Shown here: piece after piece, positions 40,401-52,925 of the stretch
Layout: the number at the start of each line of letters is the position of its first letter
How positions within the stretch are numbered: the first letter of the stretch is position 1
Assembly (NCBI GenBank): GCA_038087875.1
Contig: JAXLNO010000406.1
Span: 124,001-188,000 of the forward strand
Direction: 5' to 3'
Length of the DNA stretch: 64,000 nt
Source: Malacoraja senta
Lineage: Eukaryota
Program-made: the position numbers and the translations under genes
Notes under the pieces: generated by a model
Told to the model about the DNA's origin: nothing
Seen by the model: the letters and a program-made list of their open reading frames with translations, nothing else
The model's database searches: none

Positions 40401-43400
40401 TGCGAACATATTTGAAATCCACATGTTTATAGTTGGTATTGGAGCATTCTTCCAACATTTTAGGATTAGCTTTTTTCCAGTTATTAACCCATAGTCTATT
40501 AGTTTCTTTTGAAACACATTTAGTTCTGGACCATCTTCCGTTGTTCCGAAGATAATCCATTCTGCTTTGGGTAGGGATTCTCTTGTTTGTCGTGTCTCGT
40601 GACTCTGTTTAGTTCTGCTGATTTTCCTTTTAATTTACTCCTGCAAGATTTTATACTGCAAAACAAATTGCTTGATGACAGCAACCTGTACCCGACCAGT
40701 GCCTCACACCCTTTGTGGTTCCCTCATCCTGATACGTGATCTTACGTTACATTACCATCTGCATCGACCAGACCTGTGACCACAAATTCCACATTTTGAT
40801 CACTGAATTTCTGACAGGATTTGCTCCAGGCCACTTTGAATTTTTCATTTGTGTTTTGGTATCTGCAGAACCGGTGATACATTCTCCATCCACACCCAAT
40901 CTAATCCATCATTAATCTTAAATCCCTCCAACCAATTATGATTAACAGCTTATTTTTGGGTAACATATGATAAGTGTTTTTCGACACAGGGCCTGTACTC
41001 GCTGGAGTTTAGAAAAAATGAGCGGGGACGTCATTGAAACTGACCGAAGAGTGAAAGGCTTGGATAGAGTGGATGTGGAGAGGATGTTTCCACTAGTGGA
41101 AGAGTCTAGGACTAGAGGTCATATCCTCAGAATTAAAGGACATTTCTTTAGGAAGGACATGAGGAGGAATTTTAGTCAGAGGGTGGTGACTCTGTGGAAT
41201 ACTTTGCCACAGATGGCTCTGGAGGTCGTCGGTGGAGGTTAAGGCAGATATATATAGATTCTTGATAAGTATGGTTGTCAGAGGTTATGTGGAGAAGGCA
41301 CGAGAATGGGGTTAGGAGGGAGAGATAGGTCAGCCATGATTGAATAGTGGAGTAGTCTTGATGAGCTGAATGGTCTAATTCTGCTCCAATCACTTATGAC
41401 CATATGACATTATTCAGCAGAAAATTCACAACACGTCCAGACTTTCCTTTTTTTTAAATTTCAAAATACTTTAATCAGGTAATAAATATATACAATACAT
41501 GAACCGTGCAAAAAAAATGCATCCGACATTTTCGGAAGCCACACCAATTATTTAATACAGTCTACATACATTGCTCAAATCTCACTAATTTATCCCCCAC
41601 CCTTGCCACTCATGTGGCCCATTGGTGTGGGATCCCTTCCCTTATTTTGAGGGGCGTCTCCACCACACCCTGCAGACATTCCTGCACATTGCCTCCTCTG
41701 AGATATAGCATAATTTTCACAAACATTTAACAACCCTCCTGCATTGGTGCCATCAATGTAATGTCCTCTGTGTGACAACGTGAGCGCGAGTCAGAAAATG
41801 ATAATTTTCAACTATGTGAAATAACTTGCGTGAAGTTGTTCTTCCCTCAGTCAATTTCTGCTTTATTTATTTCAGGAGGAAGCTGGTCACAAGAGGAGGT
41901 AAGACATGCTCTTCAATTAAACTCTGCACGGATCTGTAAAGTCACATAAACATGTCGACGCGCAGGTTATAATCGGTTATTTAATATTCGCAGAATTAGT
42001 GATGAATCCCAGACTTTGTCACTGAGAGATGGTGCCATACTGGATGAAAGATTCCATCACCCCCTCTGGTTGAACGCAGTGTTGAAAGATATCGTTGTTG
42101 CGAATCACCAAGGTAAAACATATGGATTCCTTACTTCTTATGTGGGTGACATATTTAAGTTGTAAATAGATGCAAAGATTGACCGTAATGATGAACTGTA
42201 GGGGAACTAAAGTTTTATACCAGCAGCAATCTCACCTGTTGGGAAGCTTCACAGTCAAGTGGTCAGCTGTAGATGTCAGAACCCTGAACACATCCAACAC
42301 AGGAGCACAATACAACCAAGACACAGACTGACAGATGAACTAAAACACCCATCTGCACCGCAGAAACACGCCACAATATGAGTTTAGATTCTACCAGTTA
42401 GCCAAGACTTAATTTAATCAGAGATTTTAAAAAACTGTTGGGAATTTGATGACCAGGATTGTCATAAAAACACACGGGGTTCCATCAGAGAAGGATATAT
42501 GTGCCACTGATCCTGCTTGTCCTGTCAATGACCACTGACTTTGGTTAACTCATGTCTGCCCCCTGCTGGAGTTATGACATCATTGTTATTAACTAGCCAC
42601 CATGTTGAAGCATTGTCAGATCGGGGAAGTTTAACCCGCCACGGGTACCATGTAATCCCGTGCTACCTGCCCCATGGTCCTATAGTCCTATAGAAGGGCC
42701 TGAGGAGGTTTACAAGAATGATCCCAGGAATGAGTAGGTTAACCTGTGATGACCTTTTGTACTCGCAGGAGTTTAGAATAATGAGGGGGGCGCTCGTTGA
42801 AACATACAGAATAGTAAAAGGCTTCGATAGAGAGGATGTGGAGAGGATGTTTCCACTAGTGGGAGAGTCTAGGGCTAGAGGCATAGCCTCAGAATTAACG
42901 GACTTTCTTTTAGGAAGATGAGAAGAAAGTTCTTTCGTCAGCGGCTGGTGAATCTGTGGAATTCTTTGCCACAATAAACTGTGGAGTCCAAGTCAGTGGA
43001 TATTTTTAAGGCAGAGATAGATATATTCTTGATTAGTACGGGAGTCAGCAGTTTTGGGGAGAAGGCAGGAGAATGTGTTTAGGAGGGAGAGTTAGGTCAG
43101 CCATTATAGAATGGCGGAGTGGACTTGATGGGCCGACCGGCCTAATTTTACTCCTATACTTATGATCTTAAGCATTGAAATGTGGTATCAATGTGCTGAC
43201 CAGGATTGTTATCAAAATTTCTGGGCAATTGTCAGAGAGGGAAATCTGTGCCATAACTCTCTCTGACTTGTCAGTGACTGAAGTTTCTGGTGACTCAGTG
43301 TTGGCCATGTTGGAATCGCGAGGTTCACTGTTATTAACTGTCTATCATGTTGAGGCATTGCTTGAATTAGATTCGTCAGGGAAACTATCATTCACCTCAG

Positions 43401-46400
43401 TCAAGGCTTTTTCTCGGTGGAATACGCCCAGCTATTTGTCCAGGCAAAGATCCTCTTACGCACATACACCTGGAAAATTGAGATATTTTGCCGAATTTCT
43501 CACTGTAGTGCAGCTGCTGGTTTAAATCGAAGGTAGACAACAAATGCTGGAGTAACTTAGCGGGACAGGCAGAGAAGGAATGGGTGATGTTTCGTGTCGA
43601 GACCCTACTTCAGACTCAATGAATCAATGAATCCGATTCAGACCCGATGAATCTCCTCTGTTCCCTCTCCAGCATAAACACATCCTTCCTTGAGCGTGTC
43701 GACCTGCACACAATATACCAAGTGAGGCTGACCAGCCTTGATAGCCTTACACGTGACCCAGAGCACCAACAATTTCCATGTCAGTACAAATGTACTTCGC
43801 ATGCCGACGGCACGGAAAGTGGTCGTTAATATATATCATAACCACCAACAATACCAGGACAGATCCCTGCTGAAGACCACTGCGAACAGATAGCCACTAC
43901 CATTCCATACCTTTCAATCACAAAACTATCCTGATGCTAATACCCTCTGCCTCCTTAAACCAAGTCAATCTTGGATCCAAATATCCAGGTCATATCGGAT
44001 ATCATATGCCTTCTCTTTCGCCACTCGCCCACCATGAGGGAACATGTCCAATGCCCCACGAAAGCCCATATATTGATTTAGCCTGAGTTGAATGAATTCT
44101 TGTTGACAGGTCCAGGATCAATAGACAATAAACAATAGACAATAGGTGCAGGAGTAGGCCATTCGGCCCTTCGAGCCCTTCGATGTGATCATCGCTGATC
44201 ATCCCCAATCAGTACCCCGTTCCTGCCTTCTCCTGACATCCCCTGACTCCGCTATTTTTAAGAGCCCTATCTAGCTATCTCTTGAAATCATCCACAGAAT
44301 CGGCCTCCACCGCCCTCTGAGGCAGAGAATTCCACAGACTCACCACTCTCTGTGAGAAAAAGTGTTTCCTCGTCTCGGTTCTAAATGGCTTACTCCTTAT
44401 TCTTAAACTGTGGCCCTGATTCTGGACTCTCCCAACATCGGGAATATGTTTCCTGCCTCTACCGTGTCCAAACCCTTAACAATCTTATATGTTTCAATGA
44501 GATCCCCTCTCATCCTTTTAAACTCCAGAGTGTACAAGCACAGCAGCTCCATTCTCTCAGCATATGACAGTCCCGCCATCCCGGGAATTAACCTTGTAAA
44601 CGTACGCTGCACTCCCTCAATAGCAACAATGCCCTTCCTCAAATTAGAGGACCAAAACTGCACACAATACTCCAGGTGTGATCTCACTACGTCTCTGTAC
44701 AACTGCAGAAGGACCTCTTTGCTCCTCTATTCGATTCCTCTTGTTATAAAGGCCAACATGCCATTCGCTTTCTTCACTGCCTGCTGTACCTGCATGCTTA
44801 CTTTCATACACTGATGTAGAAGGACTCCCAGATCCCGTTGTACTTCCCCTTTTCCCAACTTGACGCCATTTAGATAGTAATCTGCCTTCCTGATTTTGCT
44901 ACCAAAGTGGATAACCTCACATTTATCCGCATTAAACTTCATCTGCCACGCATCTGCCCACTCCCCCAACCTGTCCAAGTCACCCTGAATTCTCATAGCA
45001 TCCTACTCACAGTTCACACTGCCACCCAGCTTGGTGTCATCTGCTAATTTGCTAATGTTACTTTGAATCCCTTCATCCAAATCATTGATGTATATTGTAA
45101 ATAGCTGCGGTCCCAGCACCGAGCCTTGCGGTGCCCCACCAGTCACTGCCTGTTATTCTGAAAGGGAGCCGTTAATCGCTACTCTTTGTTTCATGTCTGC
45201 CAACCACTTCTCTATGTCAGCACTATACCCCCAATACCATGTGCCCTAATTTTGCCCACTAATCTCCTATGTGGGACCTTATCAAATGCTTTCTGAAAGT
45301 CCAGGTACACTACATCCACTGGCTCTCCCTTGTCCATTTTCCTAGTTACATCTTCAAAAAATCCCAGAAGATTAGTCAAGCATGATTTCCCCTTCCCTAA
45401 ATCCATGCTGACTCGGACCGATCCTGTTACTGCTATCCAAACGTTTGGCTATCTGATCTTTTATAATTGACTCCAGCATCTTCCCCACCATCGATGTCAG
45501 GCTAACTGGTCTATAATTCCCTGTTTTCTCTCTCACGCCTTTCTTAAATAGTGGGATAACATTAGCTACCCTCCAATCCACAGAAACTGATTCTGAGTCT
45601 ATAGAACATTGGACAATTATCACCAATGTATCCACAATTTCTATAGCCACTTCCTCAGGTACCCTGGGATGCAGACCATCAGGCCCTGGGAATTCATCAG
45701 CCTTCAGTCCCATCAGTCTATCCAACAACATTTCCTGCCTAATGTGGATTTCCTTCAGTTCCTCCGTCACCCCAGATCCTCTGGCCACTACTATATCAGG
45801 AAGATTGTTTGTGTCCTCCTTAGTGAAGACAGATCCAAATTACCTGTTCAACTAATCTGCCATTTCCTTGTTTCCCATAATAAATTCACATTTTTCGGTC
45901 TTCAAGGGTCCAACTTTGGTCTTAACTAATTTTTTCCTCTTCACATACCTAAAGAAGCTTTTGCTATCCTGCTTTATATTCTTGGCTAGCTTACCTTCGT
46001 ACCTCATCTTTTCTTCCCGTATTGTCTTTTTGGTTATCTTCTGTTGTTCTTTAAACATTACCCAATCCTCTTGCTTCCTGCTCATCTTTGCTATGTTGTA
46101 CTTCTTCGTTTTAATTTTTATACTGCTGTCCCTTGTCAGCCATGGTCGTCCCTTTCTCCCCTTGGAATCTTTCTTCCTCCTAGGAATGAACTGATCCTGC
46201 ACCTTCTGTATTATTCCTAGAAACACCTGCCATTTTTATTCCACTGTCATCCCTGCTAGTGTATCTTTCCAGTCAACTTTGGCGAGCTCCTCCGTCATGG
46301 CCCCATAGTCCCCTTTATTGAACTGCAACACTGACACCTCCGATCTACTCATCTCCCTCTCCAAATGTAGATTAAACCTGACCATGTTATGGTCACTGCC

Positions 46401-49068
46401 TCCTAATGGCTCATTAACCTCCAGGTCCTTTATCAAATCCGGTTCATTACATAACACTAAATCCAGAATTGCCTTCTCCCCGGTAGGCTCCAATCCAAGC
46501 TGCTCAAAGAATCCATCACGAAGGCACTCTATAAATTCCATTTCTTGGGGTCCAGTACCAACCTTGTTTTCCCAGTCTCCCTGCATGTTGTAATCTCCCA
46601 TAACAACCATGGCATTACTTTTGCTACATGCCAATTTTAACTCCTGATTCAACTTGCGCCCTATGTCCAGGCTACTGTTTTGGAGCCTGCAGATTAGTCC
46701 CATTAGGGTATTTTTACCCTTACAATTCGTTAGTTCTATCCATACTGACTCCACTTCTCCTGTTTCAATGTCACCCCTTGCAAGGGACTGAATTTTATTC
46801 CTCACCAACAGGGCAACCCCACCCCCTCTGCCCACCTGTCTGTCTTTTCGATAGGAGGTATACCCTTGAATATTCAGTTCCCAGCCCTGGCCCTCTTGCA
46901 GCCATGTCTCAGTAATTCTCACAACATCATACTTGCCAGTTTCTAACTGAGCCTCAAGCTCGTCCACTTTATTCCTTATACTTTGCGCATTCATATACAG
47001 CACTTTGACCTCAGTATTCACTTCCCCCCTCGCAATTGGCCCTGACCTTACTCTGTTGTCCATTCTCGAGCTTTCCTTCCCATTAATTCGAGAATCTTTT
47101 GTAATTTTTCATGCAGTCACTTCCCCTTCAACTCCATCTTGATACTCCCAATTTGTCAATCCCTCCCCACCACTATTTAGTTCAAACCCACACGTGTAGC
47201 CCTAGCAAACCTGCCTGCCAGAATGTCGGTCCCCCTCCAGTTAAGGTGTAACCCGTCCCTTTTGTACAAGTCACCCCTAACCCAGAACAGATTCCAGTGG
47301 TCTATTAATCTAAATCCTTGCTCCCTGCTCCAGCCCCTCAGCCACACATTCAGATCCCCTATCTCCCTGTTCCTGTCCTCACTAGCACAAGGTACTGGAA
47401 GCAATCCAGAGATAAGCACCCTAGAAGTCCGGCATTGCAGTCTTCTTCCCAACTCTCTGAAGTTATGTTGGAGAACCTCCTTCCTCTTCTTCCCGATGTC
47501 GTTTGTGCCTACGTGCAAAACTACTGCCGGCTGTTCACCTTATCTCTCTCTCTCTCGAATGTTCTGAATTTGGCTCGTGACATCCTGAACCCTGGCACCA
47601 GGGAGGCAACAGACCATCCTCGCATCTCATCTGCCGCCACAGAATCTCCTGTCCGCTCCTCGGACAATGGAGTTACCCACCGGTCGCCGGTCGAGTCCCA
47701 TCTCTAGGATTGGACCCACCGACGTGTTCACCGCTCGGACTGGAAACATCGTCTCCCCGGACAGTTCCCAAGAGGGCGTACCTGTTTTCATTAGCCACAG
47801 CCACCTGGGTCTTCTGCACTCCACGATATCCACCCTTTCTCTACTCACACACCTTGGTTCTTCCAATATCCTCGGCGTGACTACCTCAGTGTAGGTCCTG
47901 CCCATGAAACTCTCGGTTTCCCGGATGGCCCTGAGGTCATCCAGCTGCTTCTCCAGTGCCCCAACACGGTCCTTTAGGAGCTGAAGCTGGACGCACTTGC
48001 CACAGTTGTAGCAGATAGAGGCTCCATCCGTGTCCCTGGGCTCCCACATTCTGCAAGCCTCACACTGTCTCATCTGCCCCGACATGTGTTCATCTGCCTC
48101 AACTCCTCCTGTGTGCCAGTTCCACACTGGCCCCAATTCTTCAATATTACATCCGATATCCTGCCTGCCTTAATAACTACTTCCTGTTACCACTTATCTC
48201 AATCCGCTGCTTGATAATCTGATTCCCTCTCCACCACCTAACAGCGAGATCTCACAAAACCCTGCCCAACCGCTCCAAATGCCCACCCGCAATCTCTCCA
48301 TCATCCCCTCTCTCTCTCTATTTATACACACAATCCCAACTCCGCTGCCCGACCCGCTCTTGCAATCCACGAGCCTGCCCTTTTCTCGGAGTGAAATGTG
48401 GAGAAAGGTTTGTGTTGTCCATCTCACGTAATTGGGTGAAACCCCGAGCAAGGTTTCAGTTGTCCGCCCGCCTGTGCCCGAGTCTCCCCCCGACCCCCGG
48501 GGACTGACTCTCTGATTCTCTGCTTCTCCCCCCAGTCTCCGTCACCCTGGATGTGGAAACAGCGCATGCGCTGCTCGAGGTGTCTGAGGATCGGAAGAGG
48601 GTGAGAAATACCGGGACCAAGAGGAGTCTCCCTGACACCGGGAAGAGGTTTACAGTGTATGCGTATGTGCTGGGATCGGAGGGATTCACATCGGGGAGAC
48701 ATTACTGGGAGGTGGAGGTGGCGGGGAGTCAGTACTGGAGTCTGGGAGTCGCCGCAGAGTCTGTGGAGAGGAAGAGATATTTCACACTGACCCCGGAGAC
48801 TGGAGTCTGGTTCATCAGGCGGGTTGATGACGAGTTTGATGCATTCACCTCCCCTCAATCCCCTCTCCCCGCCCGTCCCATCCCCGGGAGGGTGGGAGTT
48901 CATCTCAGTTACGAGTCCGGGACAGTTTCATTTTACGACGCGGACACCAAGTCCCATCTCCACACCTTCACTGGGAATAAATTCACGGAGAAACTTTATC
49001 CTTTCTTCGGGATTTGGGATGAAGACCAGTGGCTGAGAATCTGCTCCGGTTCCGCTCCGGGTGTGTAA
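37454..49068 (+). CDS. TRIM exons 3-6 (coiled coil, linker, B30.2) lacking same-strand RING/B-box exons
   Basis: Exons 37454-37687 (234 nt, [26 protein letters not shown]), 41876-41898 (23), 41994-42112 (119), 48536-49068 (533). All GT-AG; junction phases 0/2/1 keep one frame. Confidence 0.85.
38986..39698 (+). pseudogene. Second, disrupted copy of TRIM exon 3 split by an L1 fragment
   Basis: 'gacag|GATCAGTCACACAAC' at 38986, then '[20 protein letters not shown]' at 39638-39698, with an L1 3' piece (~39011-39630) between. Confidence 0.7.
39900..40573 (-). mobile_element. 5'-truncated L1 with 15-bp TSD
   Basis: TSD GGGATTCTCTTGTTT at 39885-39899 and 40574-40588; '[24 protein letters not shown]' matches the ORF2 end of the 25031 L1. 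Confidence 0.88.
41448..41672 (-). mobile_element. Short retro-insertion (LINE 3' end, T-rich tail) with imperfect 10-bp TSD
   Basis: CAGACTTTCC / CAGACATTCC flanks; absent from the paralogous segment near 38680. Confidence 0.7.
44119..48140 (-). mobile_element. Near full-length CR1 LINE (duplicate of 2117-6120, better preserved)
   Basis: ORF1 zinc finger/leucine zipper '[21 protein letters not shown]' and SGNH esterase '[14 protein letters not shown]'; APE 46236-47063; RT fragments. Confidence 0.93.
48536..49068 (+). CDS. B30.2 terminal exon (exon 6 of the 37454-49068 gene)
   Basis: Phase-1 acceptor; complete PRY-SPRY frame; paralog of 6503-7035. Confidence 0.93.
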
Positions 49069-49659
49069 AAGGGTCGGGTCCCGGGACCGGCGTCAGGAGC
49101 GGGGCTCAGCCAGGGGCTGTGGGGCAGAAACCCGGTGGACAACAGGTCGGCGCTGAACGAACGGCTCCCATTTAATCCCCAAATTCCGCGTCGTGAAACA
49201 AACCCCAGTGAGTGAGCGCGGAAATAAAACCAGGGGGAATGTAAATGTGGGAAGAGTGAAATAAACAGCAACTGAAATCAGAGCTGTCTGTCTGTCTGTC
49301 TGTCGATCCGTTCATTTTAACGCGTTAACCGCGTCCGGCAACGGAACAGAAATTACTTTTGTGAAAATATAAAGATTGAAACAATCTCCCTTCCCGCGGG
49401 TTCAGCAGCAGCCGCGGGCGGCGGGTCCTGAGCTCCGTCTCCCCCGGGTCCTAAAGTCCGCCAACATAACTCTGCCGAATCTTGTCCCTTCCCACCCCAC
49501 CTAACGGAGAGGGTGGTGGTGGTGGGGGGGGGGGTGGGGGGGACGAGTGTCCCTGGAGCCGAGTAATCGGGAGGGAGAGGTCGGGGTTACCCGGCGCGGT
49601 GTATCCCCGCCTAACGTGCTGTTAGTGCCCCCCTAAAACTGTCTAGAGAAGATAATTTA

Positions 49660-51900
49660 ACTATATTGTTGTCTAGTTTGTTCCATTCCCTTAAGGTTCA
49701 TACAAAGAATGAGTTCTTATAATTATCTGTCCTGGCGATTGGGGTTTGCATTTGCATATCATTTCTCTTTCTTGTTCTCCTTTCTGTTGAGTATGTTATG
49801 TATCTATCTGCAGTTATGCCCACCATCCCCTTTTGAATCTTGTACAACATGGCTAGTCTGTTCCTTGCCCTTCTTGTTTCCAGCGTTTCCCACTCCAGGT
49901 CGGACAGCATCTGGGTGACACTGCTACCACTATTGTAGTTCCCTGATGTAAAAGCGTGCTGCTTTCTTCTGTACCCCTTCTAGTTTGTTGATATGACCAG
50001 TTTTGTATGGGTCTCAGGTGCATGAAGCGTATTCCAGTAAGGGTCTAACCAATGTTGGATATGCTGTGGTTTTAACTTCCTTTGGGCAGAACCAGAGGTT
50101 TCATCCAAGGAATCCTAGTTGGCTTTAGAGACCGTGTTGTCCATGTGTTCCCCCCACGAAAGCTTGCTGTCAAGATGAACGCCAAGGTATGTCTGTGAAC
50201 TTGTACGATGAAGTATTTGTCCACAGAAGACGTAGTCTCGAGTAGGTGGTTTCTTCTTGTTTGAAATTACCATAATTGAGCATTTGGTTGGGTTGAAGCT
50301 CATCTTCCATGTGTTTTGCCTTACTTCCAAGGACTTATGGTCTTCTTATAAGGAGTTCATATCCTCTGCTTCAGTGACAGGTGTATATACAAGACAATCA
50401 TCTGTGAAGAGTTGTTTTACAATTTATGTGTTCAGGTAGATCATTAATGTACGTCAGGAACAACAGTGGTCCAAGGACCGTGCATTGCGGTACTGCTGAC
50501 AGTACTTGTTCTTCTAAAGAAATGTTTCCTTCACAGGCCACCCTGTGCATCCGGTTTGTGAGAAAGTCCCTAATCCTGTTATGTAGACTATTTCTGATGC
50601 CTTAGTAATCCAGTTTTCCTAGGAGCCTTTCATGAGGAACTTTGTCGAATGCTTTTGATAAGTCCAGGATTGCCATATGTATAGATTTCCCCTTATCTAA
50701 TGCCCTCGTGATGTCATCAATAGTGACAACAAGTTGTGTTTCCGTTGAACGTTTTGCTCTGAAGCCATGTTGTGAGTCCACCAGTATCCCATTCTTTTGG
50801 AAATGGTCCATGATGTGAGAGTGTATGATGTGATCCATGATCTTACATGTAACACTGGTCAGTGAAACTGGTCTGTAATTCTCAGGGGCAGCCTTATTGC
50901 CCTTCTCAAATATTGCACAGATGTTTGCTTCCTTCCACTGTCGTGGTAGTGACCCACAATCAATTGAGGACTGGAATGAATCTGTGAGTATGGGTGCTAT
51001 TTTCGATGCGAACATCTTTAGAAACCATAGTGGTACTGATCTGGGCCCACTGCTTTGTTTGCCATTAGGTTCTGTAGTTGTGTTAATACTCCTGCCTCAT
51101 GGATCACAAGTTCAGGGATATCCTGTAGGTTACTGGTTCCCATCGATGGAATGTATGGCTTGTTTTCCCTCGTAAATACACTGGTGAATTGAGCATTAAG
51201 TGCTTCGGCCTTCCCTTTCCCGTCACCTACAACTGTGTTGTTCTCCATGGCGTCTGCAACTCCCTTCTCTCCGTTACCCAAACGTTACATATAAGACCAA
51301 CATTTTTTGACGTTTTCTTTCATTGCTGTGCTAAGATTGTTTGATACAAAGACTTGTTCGGCTTTATTCAGAGCTTTCCTTAATTCCTTCCGGCAATTTA
51401 CAAAGGAACCTCAATCTTCTTTGTCTTGTTTCTTCTTTGCTTTATTGTATGCCCTCTGTCTCTTACATCTGCGTCTGTGGTGATGTCTGGTGAACCAGGG
51501 TCGGGTATTTGGTTTGACTGCTGTCTTTTTTGGATTATGTCTCTCCATGATCTGCTTTATTTCAGTTTCACCAGTGTCCCACTTCTCCTGAATAGAGAAG
51601 CATTCCCCATTGAGAGATAATGGTCCCGTAAAGCATCCAGGTCTGCATTGATCAGTTGTTTAAGAAGGAACTGCAGATGCTGAAAAATCGAAGGTAGGCA
51701 AAAATGCTGAAGAAACTCAGCGGGTGAGGCACCATCTATGGAGCGAAGGAAATAGGCAACGTTTCGGGGTGAAACCTTTCCACCTTCGCTCCATAGATGC
51801 TGCCTCACCCGCTGAGTTTCTCCAGCATTTTTGTCTACCTGCATTGATCAGTTCCTCGTTTGCTTTCTGCCGTAGGTAGTATTTCCTTCTGGCCTTCTAG
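49660..51900 (-). mobile_element. Degenerate CR1/L2-group LINE of a divergent family
   Basis: '[50 protein letters not shown]', 'MSFNPTKC', 'LEWETLETRR..RTDNYKNSFF'. Confidence 0.8.
51658..51838. mobile_element. Penelope-derived fold-back insertion with 15-bp TSD
   Basis: TSD CTGCATTGATCAGTT at 51643-51657 and 51839-51853. Confidence 0.82.
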
Positions 51901-52278
51901 GTTGTCGTTTCCACTATATGGGGGGCACCGTAATATTTTCTGTGTTCAGGGCCCAGAGGCATTAATCCGGCCCTGGCAGTTCATTCATCTCCCCTTCCCT
52001 CCCTCCCCTCCCCCTCCCTCCCTCCAGTCTCTCTGGTGCGGGGAGAAACTCAAGCGGACCAACGTGTATCTGTCTCTGAATCTGTAAGCGGACCGTGTAG
52101 GGTCCATCGTGTGGAAACGGAACTAAGAGTGCGCACGTTTAAATAAAGCGAAGCGGGGACGCGGCGCTGTGGGCGCTGGCAACGTAGTGCGGACCCAATA
52201 GGGTGGACCCTGGACAGGAAACTACATGGCGGACCGTGTAGGGTGAACCAAGAGCGATGGGGGCGGCGTATCTCCCCC

Positions 52279-52405
52279 AGGTCCGCGCTCGATCTTCACC
52301 CTGCCGGGTCCGCGCTCGATCTTCACCCTGCCGGGTCCGCGTTTGATCTTCACTCTGCCGGGTCCGCGTTTGATCTTCACTCTGCCGGGTCCGCGTTCGA
52401 CCTCC
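52279..52405. repeat. 27-bp GC-rich tandem repeat
   Basis: About 4.7 copies of 'gggtccgcg(c/t)t(c/t)gatcttca(c)(c/t)ctgcc'. Confidence 0.85.
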
Positions 52406-52419
52406 AAGGTTTAAAAAAT

Positions 52420-52925
52420 ATATATTATACAATTTTATTCAAAAAATAAAATTAAACATAGAGTATTAACACAATCAAAGACTGCCTATGTACAAAAAAA
52501 CGATCAACAAATTAATATAACGCCAACTTTATTAACAAGACACTCGACCTCCCGCGGCGACCAGCGTTCACGGACGGTCTCCAGAGTCCCCGTGGACACC
52601 CCGTGTGTGTTCCCTCTCCAGGGACACGCGGGCACGGACGTAGGCCCGGAAAAGGGGCAGGCAGCCGACCCCGGTGTGGCCATCGACTACCCGCTGCCTG
52701 GACCCGCGAATGGACATCTTGGCCCAGGCCCAGGAGCAGACGGACAGGGAGACGCCCCCCCCCCTCTGTACCGGGTGGGCAAATATCAGGAGTGTGGGGC
52801 TAACATGTAGCCAAAACTTCAGGAGCTGCCCCTTCAGATAGTCGAACAGGGGCTGCATCCTCTCACACTGCACGTAGACATGGGACACGGTCTCTTCCTC
52901 GCCGCAGAAGTGAGAGCCTCCCACA
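52420..52925 (-). mobile_element. Tx1-type LINE 3' fragment
   Basis: 'FCGEEETVSHVYVQCERMQPLF..FWLHVSPTLLIF..CLPLFRAYVRARVSLERE', resembling a Tx1 ORF2 C-terminus. Confidence 0.7.

Larger units (their letters stand above)
42556..49461 (+). repeat. Segmental duplication copy 2
   Basis: Matches 1-7409 apart from a ~545-bp deletion near 42690 and small indels. Confidence 0.95.

Noticed and set aside
52139..52449. Repeat-peptide ORFs (TRTRQSEDQ)n
   Set aside because: Products of a 27-bp tandem repeat open in several frames; no splice or domain support.
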